This document shows positions 1 through 10,578 of a stretch of 64,000 nucleotides of DNA, in pieces; the first letter of the stretch is position 1, and each line of letters opens with the position of its first letter. The translations under genes were made by a program, and so were the position numbers. The notes under the pieces were generated by a model, which was not told the DNA's origin, searched no databases, and saw only the letters and a program-made list of their open reading frames with translations. Source of the stretch: Nitrospinales bacterium (lineage in GTDB: Bacteria; Nitrospinota; Nitrospinia; Nitrospinales; VA-1); contig CBDCWG010000012.1 of assembly GCA_965223345.1 (NCBI GenBank), forward strand, positions 2,240,001 through 2,304,000. Reading direction: 5' to 3'.

Positions 1-129
1 TTGAGCGGCGTGGGGATCTTCGTGTTCACCGATGCGGTCGGCAGCCACTCTTTCACCCGCGGCATCATCGCCATCCTGTTCCTTCTGTACGGGTTCTTCA
101 CCCTCAAGGCGTTGTTCGCAAAAAAATAA
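1..129 (+). CDS. 3' end of a membrane protein (truncated by window edge)
   Basis: Frame 1 reads LSGVGIFVFTDAVGSHSFTRGIIAILFLLYGFFTLKALFAKK to TAA at 127-129; hydrophobic helices, GC3-rich codons. Confidence 0.6.
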   Translation: MSGVGIFVFTDAVGSHSFTRGIIAILFLLYGFFTLKALFAKK

Positions 130-208
130 TTCTCTCTGTTCCGCAAACCATAACGAAACGGTATGAGGTTGTCATAAACCTTGCGCCACCGGGGCGGAAA
201 CGTTTGCC

Positions 209-1015
209 TTAAGAATCCGAATCGATTTCCGCTACGATTCTTAAAGGGCCGCCGCTGCCGCGCCCGATTTTCATGGGCAGCGCGATCACGCGGAACCCCC
301 TGGGCGGCAGCCGTTTCAGGTTGCAGACGTTTTCAAATCCGGGCACGTTGGCTTTGCCGAAGACTCGATGTGCCTTGAAATCTTTCGATTGGCCCCGGTC
401 CAGGCTGGGAGTGTCCAGCCCCACAGAGGCGACGTTCCTACCGGCGGTCAGAAACTCCGCGGCTTCGGCGCTGAATCCGGGAAAATGCAGGTTCGCCACA
501 TCACCGGGCCGGTCCGTGCCCAGGTACTTCTTTTTATCCGGCCAGAAATCCTCCCATCCCGTCCACACCAGAACGATGGCGCCCTCTGGGATTTTGCCGT
601 TTTTCGTTTCCCAGGCGAGGAAATCCTCTTTGCGGATCAGGTAATCCGGCCGGTTTTTCGCGTTTTCCCGCACGTCCACCACGATGCCGGGGGCGATCAG
701 GCGTTCGAGCGGGATGTCGTCGGTGTGCCACTTCCCCTCGGCGAAATGGGCGGGCGCGTCCAGATGCGTGCCGCCGTGTTCCGAGGCGCTGATGTTGTTC
801 GATTCGTACCAGTATCCCCCGGGCGTGGGCCCTTCGTGGACTTTTTCCAGCTTGAAGGACTGGCCGGTGGGCCAGTAGATGGTGCTGGCGTCAAAGGGGT
901 GGGTCAGGTCCACCCAGCGGGAGCCCGCCTCGACGCGGGAAACGTGGGTGACGAGTAAAAATACGGCGGCCAGGACCGGGAGCGTGCGGTGCAGGCCGTG
1001 GAATACAGGGGTCAT
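209..1015 (-). CDS. Cyclase-family metal-dependent hydrolase (kynurenine formamidase-like), probably exported
   Basis: Motifs VDLTH, EHGGTHLDAPAHF, GLDTPSLD, ENV, ALPMKI..GSGGPLR; N-terminal signal-like segment. Confidence 0.9.
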   Translation of the reverse strand: MTPVFHGLHRTLPVLAAVFLLVTHVSRVEAGSRWVDLTHPFDASTIYWPTGQSFKLEKVHEGPTPGGYWYESNNISASEHGGTHLDAPAHFAEGKWHTDDIPLERLIAPGIVVDVRENAKNRPDYLIRKEDFLAWETKNGKIPEGAIVLVWTGWEDFWPDKKKYLGTDRPGDVANLHFPGFSAEAAEFLTAGRNVASVGLDTPSLDRGQSKDFKAHRVFGKANVPGFENVCNLKRLPPRGFRVIALPMKIGRGSGGPLRIVAEIDSDS

Positions 1016-1107
1016 GATGGCGCCTCCGGGGACGTGAGAGAGGGGGAGAATCTTTTTGTGAACCCGTGTATCCTAATACAATACGCTCTTTCTTTCAGCC
1101 GGAAACC

Positions 1108-3597
1108 ATGACCACCACCAAAACAGCCACAACCCAATCCCTGAAACTCCCCGTCAAGGGCATGAGCTGCGCCAGTTGCAGCGCGCGCATCGAGAAAAAG
1201 GTCGGGGCCCTGGACGGGGTCGATAAAGCGAGCGTGAATTTCGGCGCAGCGCTGGCGGACATCGAATTCGATCCCGGGAAGATTGCCGTCTCCGAGATCA
1301 CCGAGACCATCGAAAATCTGGGATTCGAAGTACCCAGCGTCCGTGAGAGTTTCTCTGTGGAGGGCATGACCTGCGCCTCCTGCGTCGCCCGCGTGGAGAA
1401 AGCGCTTTCCGGGCTGGAGGGGGTTCTGCAGGTGGAGGTCAACCTGGCCACCGAAAAAGCGACGCTGCAGTACCTGCCGTCCCGGGTCGCCGTCGAGGAT
1501 TTGCAAAACCGCCTGCAGGAAATCGGCTACACCCTGCGCCGTGAAGAAACCGATGCGGTTTCCGGGGATGCGTCCCAGGGACACGCGGCGGAAAGGGATC
1601 AACTGGGGCTCAAGCTTTGGGTGAGCGTGGCTTTGAGCACCGCGATCATGGTTCTGGGCATGCGTCCTCCCGCGGCGCTGGGCCTGCTGCCGGGATCGTT
1701 CATGCATTTTCTGCTGTTGTTCCTTTTGGCGACCCCGGTGCAGTTCTGGGCGGGCTGGCAGTTTTACCGCGGCGCGTTTGCCGCAGCGCGGCACGGCTAT
1801 TCGGACATGAACACGCTGATCGCCGTGGGCACCAGCGCCGCGTACGGCTTTAGCGTGTTCGCCACGTTTTTTCCCGCGACTCTGAAGCAACTCGGGCAGG
1901 AAGCGGTGGTGTATTTCGACACGTCGGCGATGATCATCACCCTGGTGCTGTTGGGCCGCTGGCTGGAAGCGCGCGCGAAAAGCCGGACCTCCGATGCGAT
2001 CAAAAAGTTGATGGGCCTGCAGCCCAAGACCGCCCGCGTCGAGCGGGGCGGCGAGGAGATGGAAATCCCCGTTTCCGACGTGCTGCCCGGTGACACCGTG
2101 GTGGTGCGGCCGGGGGAAAAAATCCCGGTGGACGGAACCATCCTGGAAGGGACGACGGCGGTGGACGAATCGATGATCACGGGCGAGAGCCTGCCCGCCG
2201 AAAAACAGACCGGCGATGCGGTGGTGGGTGCGAGCCTCAACACCACCGGGTTTTTCAAGCTGCGGGCCACCCGGCTCGGCAAGGATTCGGTCTTGGCGCA
2301 GATCATCCGCCTGGTCGAGGAGGCGCAGGGATCGAAAGCGCCGGTGCAACGGCTCGCCGACAAGGTCGCCGGCATCTTCGTGCCGGTGGTGATCGCGATC
2401 GCTCTGTTGGCGTTTGCGGTGTGGTGGGGATTCGGCGAACGACTCGCCGTGCTGCCCGCGTCGCCGTTCCTGTTTGCCCTGATGATTTTCGTCACCGTTC
2501 TGATCATCGCCTGTCCCTGTGCCTTAGGGTTGGCCACGCCGACCGCCATCATGGTGGGCACCGGCCGGGGGGCGGAGATGGGAATCCTGATCAAAGGCGG
2601 CGAGACGCTGGAGCAGGTGCAGGCGCTGGACACCGTCGTGTTCGACAAGACCGGAACGCTGACCTGGGGCAAGCCGGAGGTGACCGACGTGTTCGTGGAA
2701 GGCGATGCGAGCCTCACCGCGGATAGGTTGCTGCAACTCGCCGCTTCGGTGGAAAAGGGGTCCGAGCATCCGCTCAGCCAGGCGGTGGTGCGCGAGGCGG
2801 AGCGGAGAAAGCTCAAACTGCCGCCGGTGCAAAACTTCGAGGCGCGCCCCGGTTTCGGTGTGCGCGGCGAGGTGGACGGGCTCAACGTGCTGCTGGGCAA
2901 TCCCAAGTTGATGCAGGAAGCGGGCGTGGACGATGCGGCGCTCAAGGAGCGGATCGAAGAGATGGCGCGGCAGGGCAAAACCCCGATGATCCTGGCCATC
3001 GACGGCCGGGCCGTTGGCGTGCTCGCCGCGGCGGACACGGTGAAACCGCAGGCCGCAGAGGCGGTGCGCCGGTTGAAGGAACTGGGGCTCAGGGTGGTGA
3101 TGATCACCGGCGATCACACGAACACCGCCCAGGCCATCGGCAGGCAGTTGCAGATCGATACGGTGCTGGCCGAGGTGCTTCCCGCCGGGAAAGCCGAGGC
3201 GGTGAACAAGCTCATGCAGGAAGGCCGGACCGTCGCGATGGTGGGGGACGGGATCAACGATGCGCCCGCACTGGCGCGCGCACACACCGGCATCGCCATG
3301 GGCTCCGGCACGGATGTGGCGATGGAAGCCTCGGACATCACGCTGATGACCCACGACCTGCACGCGGTGGCGGACGCCATCGAACTGAGCCGTAAAACCC
3401 TGGGCAAGATCCGGCAGAACCTGTTCTGGGCCTTCTTTTACAATGTCCTGGGGATACCCCTCGCGGCGGGCGTGTTGTTCCCCGCCTACGGGATCGTCCT
3501 GAAACCCATCTTCGCCGCCGCGGCCATGTCCTTGAGTTCGGTTTCCGTGGTCAGCAACGCGCTCCTTTTGAAGCGGTTTCATCCCCGCAGGGGCTGA
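1108..3597 (+). CDS. copA: Cu(I)-translocating P1B-type ATPase with two N-terminal HMA domains
   Basis: GMSCASC and GMTCASC metal-binding domains, [26 protein letters not shown] in TM7, MxxSS in TM8. ATG at 1108 preferred over upstream GTG at 1066. Confidence 0.95.
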   Translation: MTTTKTATTQSLKLPVKGMSCASCSARIEKKVGALDGVDKASVNFGAALADIEFDPGKIAVSEITETIENLGFEVPSVRESFSVEGMTCASCVARVEKALSGLEGVLQVEVNLATEKATLQYLPSRVAVEDLQNRLQEIGYTLRREETDAVSGDASQGHAAERDQLGLKLWVSVALSTAIMVLGMRPPAALGLLPGSFMHFLLLFLLATPVQFWAGWQFYRGAFAAARHGYSDMNTLIAVGTSAAYGFSVFATFFPATLKQLGQEAVVYFDTSAMIITLVLLGRWLEARAKSRTSDAIKKLMGLQPKTARVERGGEEMEIPVSDVLPGDTVVVRPGEKIPVDGTILEGTTAVDESMITGESLPAEKQTGDAVVGASLNTTGFFKLRATRLGKDSVLAQIIRLVEEAQGSKAPVQRLADKVAGIFVPVVIAIALLAFAVWWGFGERLAVLPASPFLFALMIFVTVLIIACPCALGLATPTAIMVGTGRGAEMGILIKGGETLEQVQALDTVVFDKTGTLTWGKPEVTDVFVEGDASLTADRLLQLAASVEKGSEHPLSQAVVREAERRKLKLPPVQNFEARPGFGVRGEVDGLNVLLGNPKLMQEAGVDDAALKERIEEMARQGKTPMILAIDGRAVGVLAAADTVKPQAAEAVRRLKELGLRVVMITGDHTNTAQAIGRQLQIDTVLAEVLPAGKAEAVNKLMQEGRTVAMVGDGINDAPALARAHTGIAMGSGTDVAMEASDITLMTHDLHAVADAIELSRKTLGKIRQNLFWAFFYNVLGIPLAAGVLFPAYGIVLKPIFAAAAMSLSSVSVVSNALLLKRFHPRRG

Positions 3598-3667
3598 AAA
3601 CTGCGGCCGCGCAAAAACCCGGCGAAATTCACTTGATTTGTTTTCCCTTGTGTTGAATCATAGGCGC

Positions 3668-4090
3668 ATGAGAAAGTTTCTTTTCTTATCAGCCGCGGTG
3701 CTCGGGACGCTGCTTTTTGTCGGAGGCATCCAACCGGTGCACGCCGGCGGGCATGCCGGGCACCACCATCCGGAGGCGCACGCGTTTTCCCCGTTCGAAA
3801 AACGGGGGCTGCCGGTTCATTGCGCTCTTTTAGGCCACTCGATCGACAAGCCCTGTCCGCACATTCTCAAATCTACAGGACGCGTGAACGAAAAGAACGA
3901 ATACCTCGCCGCCGATTGCGCCGGCCCGTCGGGCATTCCCGGTTCATTGGGCTTTGATGAAAACACGCCCGCGGCCATGATTTCTCTCTCTACTGATCTT
4001 CCAGGCAGCGTGCTGTCGGTCGATGGGCGGCAAGCCCATTTCTCTTCTCTGATTCCTCACTCTATCGAGCACCCACCCCGTTTCGCCTGA
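3668..4090 (+). CDS. Small secreted His/Cys-rich protein ending in HPPR; CutF/CruR (DUF2946)-like putative metal-responsive leader protein
   Basis: Signal peptide (..PVHA), HAGHHHPEAH, HCxxxxH..CPH, C-terminal IEHPPRFA; lies directly after copA. Confidence 0.6.
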   Translation: MRKFLFLSAAVLGTLLFVGGIQPVHAGGHAGHHHPEAHAFSPFEKRGLPVHCALLGHSIDKPCPHILKSTGRVNEKNEYLAADCAGPSGIPGSLGFDENTPAAMISLSTDLPGSVLSVDGRQAHFSSLIPHSIEHPPRFA

Positions 4091-4120
4091 GTTTCATCCA
4101 ATCTGAGTCATCAAGTCCAC

Positions 4121-4161
4121 TTTGGGAGAACAGCCCGTGGTGCGTGTTGGGCTGTCCCAAA
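4121..4161 (+). promoter_or_regulatory. Stem-loop between the leader ORF and the DsrE-like gene
   Basis: TTTGGG(AGA)ACAGCCC-N12-GGGCTGTCCCAAA inverted repeat; no U-tract follows on the + strand. Confidence 0.5.
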
Positions 4162-4259
4162 AGAATGGGTTTGTCGTTGCATTCACAACGGGTTTGCCGG
4201 ACAACGCTTCCTTAGGACGATCGGAGTGTGCCATTCGTCTGGCTATTGTGGAGAGAATC

Positions 4260-4694
4260 ATGAAAAATCTGAAACCAAGGGGGTTGCCGTTCCTTGTGGC
4301 TCTGCTGGTTGGCGTGTGGGCGCTTCCCGCCGCTGCCGCGTTGCAGAAGGAGCCGTTCAAGAAACGTCCCATCAAGGTGTATTTTGTCGAAAGCGCCGAT
4401 CTGGAAGCTTTGAAAACGGCTTTCGTCAATATCAACCTGCATCTGCGGCAGGAAGGCCGGTCGCGCGCCATCGACTACAAAGTGGTGGTGCACGGTCCCA
4501 CCGTCCGGCATTTTGTGACCGAAGGCGTGGATCCGGAACTTCTGTACATGGTGCAGTGGTTCCTGTCGGAAGGAATCGGCGTCGAGTTGTGTGCCGAATG
4601 CGCCGAACGCTATGGCGTGGCGCCCGGTTCCGTGCTTCCCGGTGTCCTGTTGCCGGCGCCGAAGACCGCCGTGCGACCTTCATCGGCTCCCTGA
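4260..4694 (+). CDS. Exported DsrE/DsrF-like protein
   Basis: Signal peptide, KVVVHGP motif, VELCAEC, LPGV; SD GGAGAG upstream of ATG 4260. Confidence 0.65.
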   Translation: MKNLKPRGLPFLVALLVGVWALPAAAALQKEPFKKRPIKVYFVESADLEALKTAFVNINLHLRQEGRSRAIDYKVVVHGPTVRHFVTEGVDPELLYMVQWFLSEGIGVELCAECAERYGVAPGSVLPGVLLPAPKTAVRPSSAP

Positions 4695-4791
4695 GCCGAT
4701 ACCTGTGAAAAGGCGGTCGGGCCGGGAACCGCCTTCACCCGCCCGTGCCGCTCTTTCCGGTTCTGTGCCGGAATTGCGTGAGGATGCTGTC

Positions 4792-5664
4792 ATGAAATCG
4801 AAACCGTTTTGGGTGCTGCTGTCGCTTGCAGGAGGAATCGTTTTGTTCGTCCTGCCTGCCTTTTCCAGCGACTTTCTAGTCAAAAAACCACCCGCCTCTT
4901 TGGATTCGCTTTACCGGGATCAGGACAGCGCGGGGAAATGGATCCTGCAGATGCGCAAGCTCTCCGGCGCGTTCGACGACGCGCTGCGGGCGGCCGAACG
5001 GAAAGACTGGGCGGAAGCCGGGGAGAAAGCGCGTGCCTTTGCGGAACGCTACCGGGAAGCCGCCGAATGGGTCCCGGAGTGGAAGGACTATTTCGATTTT
5101 GCAGCGGCGGACCGGTTCGTCAAATCGCTGCAATCGCAAAAACAGGATCGCATCCAGCAAGCGTCGAAAAAACTCACGGCGACCTGCGACCGCTGTCATG
5201 CCGACAACAGCCTTGCGGTCTGGGTGCGCTACACCTGGCCCGAGACGAGCGAGATCAAAATCACCGATCCCGTCGAGGAGACGGAGATGGCCTACCGCGA
5301 CTACATGCACCTGTTGTCCCGATCCCTGCGCGGGATCACCCATCACTTCGAGCGGGAAGAATTCGACCGGGCGTGGCGGCATGTGTTCCAGTTCAAAAAA
5401 CGCATCGTCGAGCTGCGGTCGGTCTGTTCCAAATGCCACATCACCGAGTGGACCAAAAACGGCAGTTCTGTGAAGCAGTTTTTTGTGGGGAATCGGGTGC
5501 TGGATTCGGTGGACCGGGTGAGCAAACTGTTCGCCACCGGCGAACCGGACGCAAAAAAATTCTGGAAGGAGATCGACGGCATTGCGCGCCATTCCTGCAG
5601 GATGTGCCACCTGATCCACCAGCCCGCCGTACACATTCAAAACGCTTGGAAGCAGAAGGAGTGA
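4792..5664 (+). CDS. Periplasmic triheme c-type cytochrome (helical, cytochrome c'-like units)
   Basis: Signal peptide and three CxxCH motifs (CDRCH, CSKCH, CRMCH); SD GAGGA upstream of ATG 4792. Confidence 0.85.
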   Translation: MKSKPFWVLLSLAGGIVLFVLPAFSSDFLVKKPPASLDSLYRDQDSAGKWILQMRKLSGAFDDALRAAERKDWAEAGEKARAFAERYREAAEWVPEWKDYFDFAAADRFVKSLQSQKQDRIQQASKKLTATCDRCHADNSLAVWVRYTWPETSEIKITDPVEETEMAYRDYMHLLSRSLRGITHHFEREEFDRAWRHVFQFKKRIVELRSVCSKCHITEWTKNGSSVKQFFVGNRVLDSVDRVSKLFATGEPDAKKFWKEIDGIARHSCRMCHLIHQPAVHIQNAWKQKE

Positions 5665-5679
5665 CGCTGCCGGCTCGAT

Positions 5680-6759
5680 TCACTCGATTTTGAAATCCTG
5701 TTCCGTGTATCCGGGCTGCGCGCGGAAGTGTTGTGAATAGCGGGCGGGGCCGGAAGCCGGGATCAGCATGCCTTCGACGCCGGGAAGCGTGTCGATCCAC
5801 GCGATGCCTTTTTCGGCCCCCATGACGAACAGCGCCGTGGCGATGGCGTCGGCGTCCATCACCGAATCCGCCCGCACCGTGGCGTAAACGGTCCCCTGCA
5901 CCGGCTGGCCGGTTTTAGGATCGAGGATGTGGTGGTAGCGGGTGTTGTCCTTGATGAAATAACGCTGGTAGTCGCCGGACGTCGCCACCGCGCCGTCGGT
6001 CAGGGAAAATGTCGCGATCATGCGTTCGGGTTTGCGGGGGTGCTGCAGGCCGATGTTCCAGGGGCGCTCCGCTGTGCGCGTGCCGATCGCCATCAGGTCG
6101 CCTCCCGCATTGATCATGGCGTTGGGGACGTTTTCCCGTTTCAGCACCTCGATGGCGCGGTCCACGGCGTACCCTTTGGCCACCGCGCCCAGATGCAGGC
6201 GCATGCCCGGACGGGCGAGCCGCACTTTTCCCCCTTCGATTTCGATGTCGGCCAGTCCCACATGAGAGAGAGCCTGTTTCAGTTTTTCCGCGGCGGGCGG
6301 CGCAGGGGAGGGCGCGTCGAAATGCCAGAGGTCCACGACCGGACCCAGCGTGATGTCCATCGCGCCGCCGGATTGTTCGCCCCAGTGGACCGCGCTTTTG
6401 AGAACCGTCGCGGTTTCCGGCGAGACGGCGATGAATTCGCCTCCCGCTGCGGCGTTGATGCGGGAGAGTTCCGAGTCGGTGAGGTGGGTGCTCATCAGTG
6501 ATTCCAGTCGAGACATCTCGTCGAACGCGCGGCCGATCGCCCGTTGCACGGGCTGCGGTTCGCCGCCGCGCACGGTGATCTCCACCAGAGTTCCCATGAT
6601 GAACTGGGTGCGCTGGGTCAGTGTGTTCTCACGGGAACCGCAGGAAGCCAGTACGCTGGCGAGGAAAAGAATCAGGGAGAGCCCGCCGATATGAGCGATG
6701 GAAAACCGCAGGTGTCCTGCGCTGGGTTGCGGGTGTGGGATTCGGAATCGGGTTTTCAA
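5680..6759 (-). CDS. apbE: FAD:protein FMN transferase lipoprotein
   Basis: MGT, SELSRIN, LGAVAKGYAVD, NAGGD, ATSGDYQRY, YHHILDPKTG, ADAIAT; lipobox LASC. TTG start overlapping the VOC gene stop is inferred. Confidence 0.92.
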   Translation of the reverse strand: MKTRFRIPHPQPSAGHLRFSIAHIGGLSLILFLASVLASCGSRENTLTQRTQFIMGTLVEITVRGGEPQPVQRAIGRAFDEMSRLESLMSTHLTDSELSRINAAAGGEFIAVSPETATVLKSAVHWGEQSGGAMDITLGPVVDLWHFDAPSPAPPAAEKLKQALSHVGLADIEIEGGKVRLARPGMRLHLGAVAKGYAVDRAIEVLKRENVPNAMINAGGDLMAIGTRTAERPWNIGLQHPRKPERMIATFSLTDGAVATSGDYQRYFIKDNTRYHHILDPKTGQPVQGTVYATVRADSVMDADAIATALFVMGAEKGIAWIDTLPGVEGMLIPASGPARYSQHFRAQPGYTEQDFKIE

Positions 6760-7184
6760 TCGGAATCCTTGATGCGGCCGTCCTCGGTGAACGACCAGAA
6801 AGGGTTCCAGGACACTTCCCAGGGATGGCCGTCCGGATCGGCGAAGCAGCCCGAGTAGCCGCCCCATGCGTTCTTTTCGCCGCTTTTCAGCAGCGTGGCG
6901 TCGGCCCTTTGCGCTTCCTCAAGGATTCGGTCCACGTCGCTGCGCTCCCGCACGTTGAAGGCCAGCACGATGCCGCCGAAACCGGTGAGTTGATGCGGCA
7001 GGTGGATGTCCTTTGCCAGCTTGTCCCAGGGGATCAGGCTGAAAACCGTGCCGCCGGCGTGGAAGAAGATGAAATCCTTTCTGCTCTCGGGAGAGGGCTT
7101 CCAGCCCAGCCCCTCCTCGTAGAACCGGCGCGCCCGTTCCAGATCCGCGACACCCAGGGTCACACCGTGGATTCTCTGCTGCAT
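6756..7184 (-). CDS. VOC/glyoxalase family protein
   Basis: TLGVADLERARRFYEEGLGW and WGGYSGCFADPDGHPWEV motifs. Confidence 0.92.
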   Translation of the reverse strand: MQQRIHGVTLGVADLERARRFYEEGLGWKPSPESRKDFIFFHAGGTVFSLIPWDKLAKDIHLPHQLTGFGGIVLAFNVRERSDVDRILEEAQRADATLLKSGEKNAWGGYSGCFADPDGHPWEVSWNPFWSFTEDGRIKDSD

Positions 7185-7215
7185 GCCGTTTCCTTCCTGC
7201 GCGGGGGGCGCACCG

Positions 7216-8970
7216 TCAGCGGTCGAAACCGGAGACCAGCACTTCCCGGTTGTAGGTGGCGACCACGTCCCCACGGTTGATCATGCCGATGACTTTTTTC
7301 GAATCGTCGGTTTTCACCACCGGCAGCTGCTCCACGTCTAGCTTGGCGAACATCTCCATTGCCTCGTTGAGGTTGTTGTCCGGCAACAGCACCATGACCT
7401 TTTTGGTGGACAGCTCGCTGGCGATGACGAGATCCTCCAGCCCTTCTTCAAAAATCATCTCGCGGATGTCGTTGAAGGACAGGACGCTGGTCATGTCGCC
7501 TTCGCGGTTGATGACGGGGAAATAAAAGTTCTTGGAATAGGAGATGGTCTCGAGAATTTTGCGGAACGGCATCTCCTCGGAGATGGTCGTCACTTCCGTG
7601 CGCATCACATCCTTCACCTTGATGTTGTTGAGGATGGAGGTCTCGCGCCCATGTTCGATGTTGATGCCTTTGTTCAAAAGGTACTGCATGTAGATCGAAT
7701 GCTTGCCGAAGGCCCGGTAGGTGTAGGCCGAAACGATGCCGGTGACCATGATGGGCAGGATCAGCGTGTAGTCGTTGGTCAGTTCGAACAGCATGATGAT
7801 GTTGGTGAGCGGCGCCTGCATGACCGCGCCGGCGACCGCGCCCATGCCCACCACGGCGTAGGTGGCGGCGGTGGCGGTCCAGTCCGGAAACAGCATGTGG
7901 ACGCCGCTGCCGAAAGCGGTGCCCACCATCGCGCCGATGAAGAGGGACGGCGCGAAAATGCCTCCCAGTCCGCCGGAGCCCAGCGTGACCGAGGTCGAGA
8001 GCATTTTCATGAAGATGAGAACCAGCGCCAACCCCCAGAACATCTCTCCGGTCAGGGCTTTTTCCATGGCCTCGTAACCGTTGCCCAGAATTTCCGGCAG
8101 GAAGATGGAAACCATGCCCACCAGAAACCCGCCCAGCGCCGGCCGGGCGATCGGCGAAACGGTGAGCTTCTCTTCGAAGGTGTTGCGGGCGTAAAAATAG
8201 ATCCAGACGAACAACCGCGCCGCCAGTCCGCACAGCACGCCCAGGATGAGGTAAAACAGGATTTCGTTGTAGCTGACCAGCCGATGATATGGGACTTGAA
8301 AGGTGATCTCGTTGCCTTCCAGGGCGCGGCCGGTCACGGTTCCGATAACCGATGCGATGATGATCGGGCTGAAAGTGTGGATGGTGAAATCGCCGAGGAT
8401 GATCTCCAGGGCGAACAGGACCCCCGCCAGCGGGGCGTTGAACGAGGCGGCGATGCCCGCGGCGGCGCCGCAGCCGACCAGCACCTGAATGCGCTCCGAA
8501 GACAGGCGGAACAGGGAGCCGATCGCCGAGCCCACGGCGGAGCCGATCTGCACGGTCGGGCCCTCCCGGCCGGCGGAGCCGCCCGATCCGATGGTGATGG
8601 CCGAGGTGGTGGCGCAGCTCACGATGGTGCGCTTGCGGATCTTGCCGCCGTTGAGAGCCACCGCTTTCATGACGTTGTGGACGCCGTTTTCCTTGACGGC
8701 GTTGGGGAAATAATGGCAGATCCAGCCGATCAGCCAGCCCCCCAGCATGGGCATGAAGGGCAGGAGAAACGGGAACAGGATCGGCGAAACCCCAATCAAA
8801 GACAGGCCTTTTCCGGAAAACAGCGCCCCCACGAAGTCAATCATCCAACGGAACACCGTCGAGGCGAAACCGGCCAGGAAGCCGATCAGCGCGGCCAGCA
8901 GCAGCAGGTTGTGGTCCTTGGTGAGAAAATCCCGGACCCAGCCTCGAATTTGCTCTTTTTTCGATTGCAT
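7216..8970 (-). CDS. ClC-family anion channel/transporter with C-terminal CBS pair
   Basis: GGSAGREGP, FNAPLAG, GGIFAP, SIY motifs, two CBS domains; start uncertain (ATG 8970). Confidence 0.93.
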   Translation of the reverse strand: MQSKKEQIRGWVRDFLTKDHNLLLLAALIGFLAGFASTVFRWMIDFVGALFSGKGLSLIGVSPILFPFLLPFMPMLGGWLIGWICHYFPNAVKENGVHNVMKAVALNGGKIRKRTIVSCATTSAITIGSGGSAGREGPTVQIGSAVGSAIGSLFRLSSERIQVLVGCGAAAGIAASFNAPLAGVLFALEIILGDFTIHTFSPIIIASVIGTVTGRALEGNEITFQVPYHRLVSYNEILFYLILGVLCGLAARLFVWIYFYARNTFEEKLTVSPIARPALGGFLVGMVSIFLPEILGNGYEAMEKALTGEMFWGLALVLIFMKMLSTSVTLGSGGLGGIFAPSLFIGAMVGTAFGSGVHMLFPDWTATAATYAVVGMGAVAGAVMQAPLTNIIMLFELTNDYTLILPIMVTGIVSAYTYRAFGKHSIYMQYLLNKGINIEHGRETSILNNIKVKDVMRTEVTTISEEMPFRKILETISYSKNFYFPVINREGDMTSVLSFNDIREMIFEEGLEDLVIASELSTKKVMVLLPDNNLNEAMEMFAKLDVEQLPVVKTDDSKKVIGMINRGDVVATYNREVLVSGFDR

Positions 8971-9180
8971 TGGATTGATTTTAAAGGGTGAACTTGATTC
9001 TTTCATTATAAAGAAACTGCGCCCGGATGGCCAGTGCGCTCCGCCAAGTCGTTTCAAAGAAAGCGGCTTTCAGCGCCCGGACCCCCGATATTTGCTTACC
9101 ATAATTCGATGTCGTTGTGTTATTCTCAACGGCGATTTTTGCGGTGAACGTGGTGCCCAATGACCCAACAGGAGCCTGAA

Positions 9181-9828
9181 ATGGTAAAAATAGCCCCTTC
9201 GATCCTTTCGGCGGATTTCAGCAAACTGGGCGATGAAATCAAAGCGGTGGAGCAGGCCGGCGCGGATTGGATCCATGTGGATGTGATGGACGGGCATTTC
9301 GTCCCCAATATAACGATCGGTCCCGGCGTGATCGCGGACATCCGCAAGGTGACCGAACTGCCTCTGGACGTGCACCTGATGATCGAGGATCCGGACCGGT
9401 ATATCAAGGATTTTGCCGAGGCGGGGGCGGATATCCTGACGGTGCATGTGGAGGCCTGCCGGCATCTGAACCGGACGCTGCATTACATCAAGGAGCAGCA
9501 GGTGCGGGCGGGCGTGGTGCTGAACCCGGCGACGCCGCTTTCCAGCCTGGAAGAGGTGCTGCACGAGATCGACATGGTGCTCTTGATGTCGGTCAACCCG
9601 GGCTTCGGGGGGCAGGAATTCATCTCCTCTCTGCTGGACAAAACCCTCAACCTCAAGGAGATCATGGAGCACTACGAGCACGAATTCGATCTCGAGGTGG
9701 ACGGCGGCATCAAGCCGGACAACGCCGCCGATATCAAAGGGGCCGGGGCCAACGTGCTGGTGGCCGGCTCGGCCATATTCGGAAGCGGCGACTACAACAA
9801 GGCCATCCAGGCTCTGCGCGAGGTCTGA
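9181..9828 (+). CDS. rpe: Ribulose-phosphate 3-epimerase
   Basis: [46 protein letters not shown]. Confidence 0.97.
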   Translation: MVKIAPSILSADFSKLGDEIKAVEQAGADWIHVDVMDGHFVPNITIGPGVIADIRKVTELPLDVHLMIEDPDRYIKDFAEAGADILTVHVEACRHLNRTLHYIKEQQVRAGVVLNPATPLSSLEEVLHEIDMVLLMSVNPGFGGQEFISSLLDKTLNLKEIMEHYEHEFDLEVDGGIKPDNAADIKGAGANVLVAGSAIFGSGDYNKAIQALREV

Positions 9829-10112
9829 GCCGCGACCGCCTTCCCACACCGCTTGCTTTTCCCCCGATTTTCAGAGCGTTTTTTCCAACCTTTTGGGGAG
9901 CGCCCACCGTTCGGATGGTCTTGCCGCTGTTCCCCATTCCTATAATTTCAGGGCGCCGGCCGGGTGCGCGCGCCGGGGGTTATTTCCCTTGTATTCTCCG
10001 GTGGAATCACGCTACACTGACCCCACTTTTGAAAATTTCTTTTTTTAACAGATAATTACAGGAACACACTTCCTTTTTGCAATAATCGGAATTTTTTCGG
10101 AGGGTATGGACC

Positions 10113-10490
10113 ATGATGGGAATCGGATTTCCGGAATTGATGATCATTTTGGTGATCATCATGATCATCTTCGGCGCGGGCAAGTTGCCCGAGATCGGCA
10201 GCGCTTTCGGACGCAGCATCAAGAATTTCAAATCGTCCATGAAAGAGGCGGAAGCGGAAGATGAAGCGGCGGCCAAGACGGACGATCCCGCAGCGATCGA
10301 GCAGGGAAGCGGCCCATCCGAGGATGATGCCAATCTGAGCGAGGAAGAAAAAGAAGCGCTGGCGCGCAAAAAAGCTCAGGAAGAGGGCGAGGCCAAAGAC
10401 AAGGCCATGAAAGAAACCGCCGATGCGTTCACCTCCTCGTTGCCGAGGAAGGGTTCCTACGATTACTCCAAGGATCAGGAAAAAAGCTGA
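10113..10490 (+). CDS. tatA: Twin-arginine translocase TatA/E subunit with long acidic tail
   Basis: [33 protein letters not shown] upstream. Confidence 0.92.
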   Translation: MMGIGFPELMIILVIIMIIFGAGKLPEIGSAFGRSIKNFKSSMKEAEAEDEAAAKTDDPAAIEQGSGPSEDDANLSEEEKEALARKKAQEEGEAKDKAMKETADAFTSSLPRKGSYDYSKDQEKS

Positions 10491-10578
10491 TCCTCCGCTT
10501 TGAGGCCGCGTGAGGCGATTGCCCGGCCGTCCCGATGAGCGGCGGCGGGGATGATCCGCGCGGTCCGGCTGCCGTTTC

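Noticed and set aside
1012..3582. Long antisense ORFs (445, 436, 352 aa) opposite copA
   Set aside because: Shadow frames produced by high GC3 codon bias; no motifs.
10250..10490. Extended TatA C-terminus as a novel domain
   Set aside because: Low-complexity charged tails of variable length are normal for TatA.
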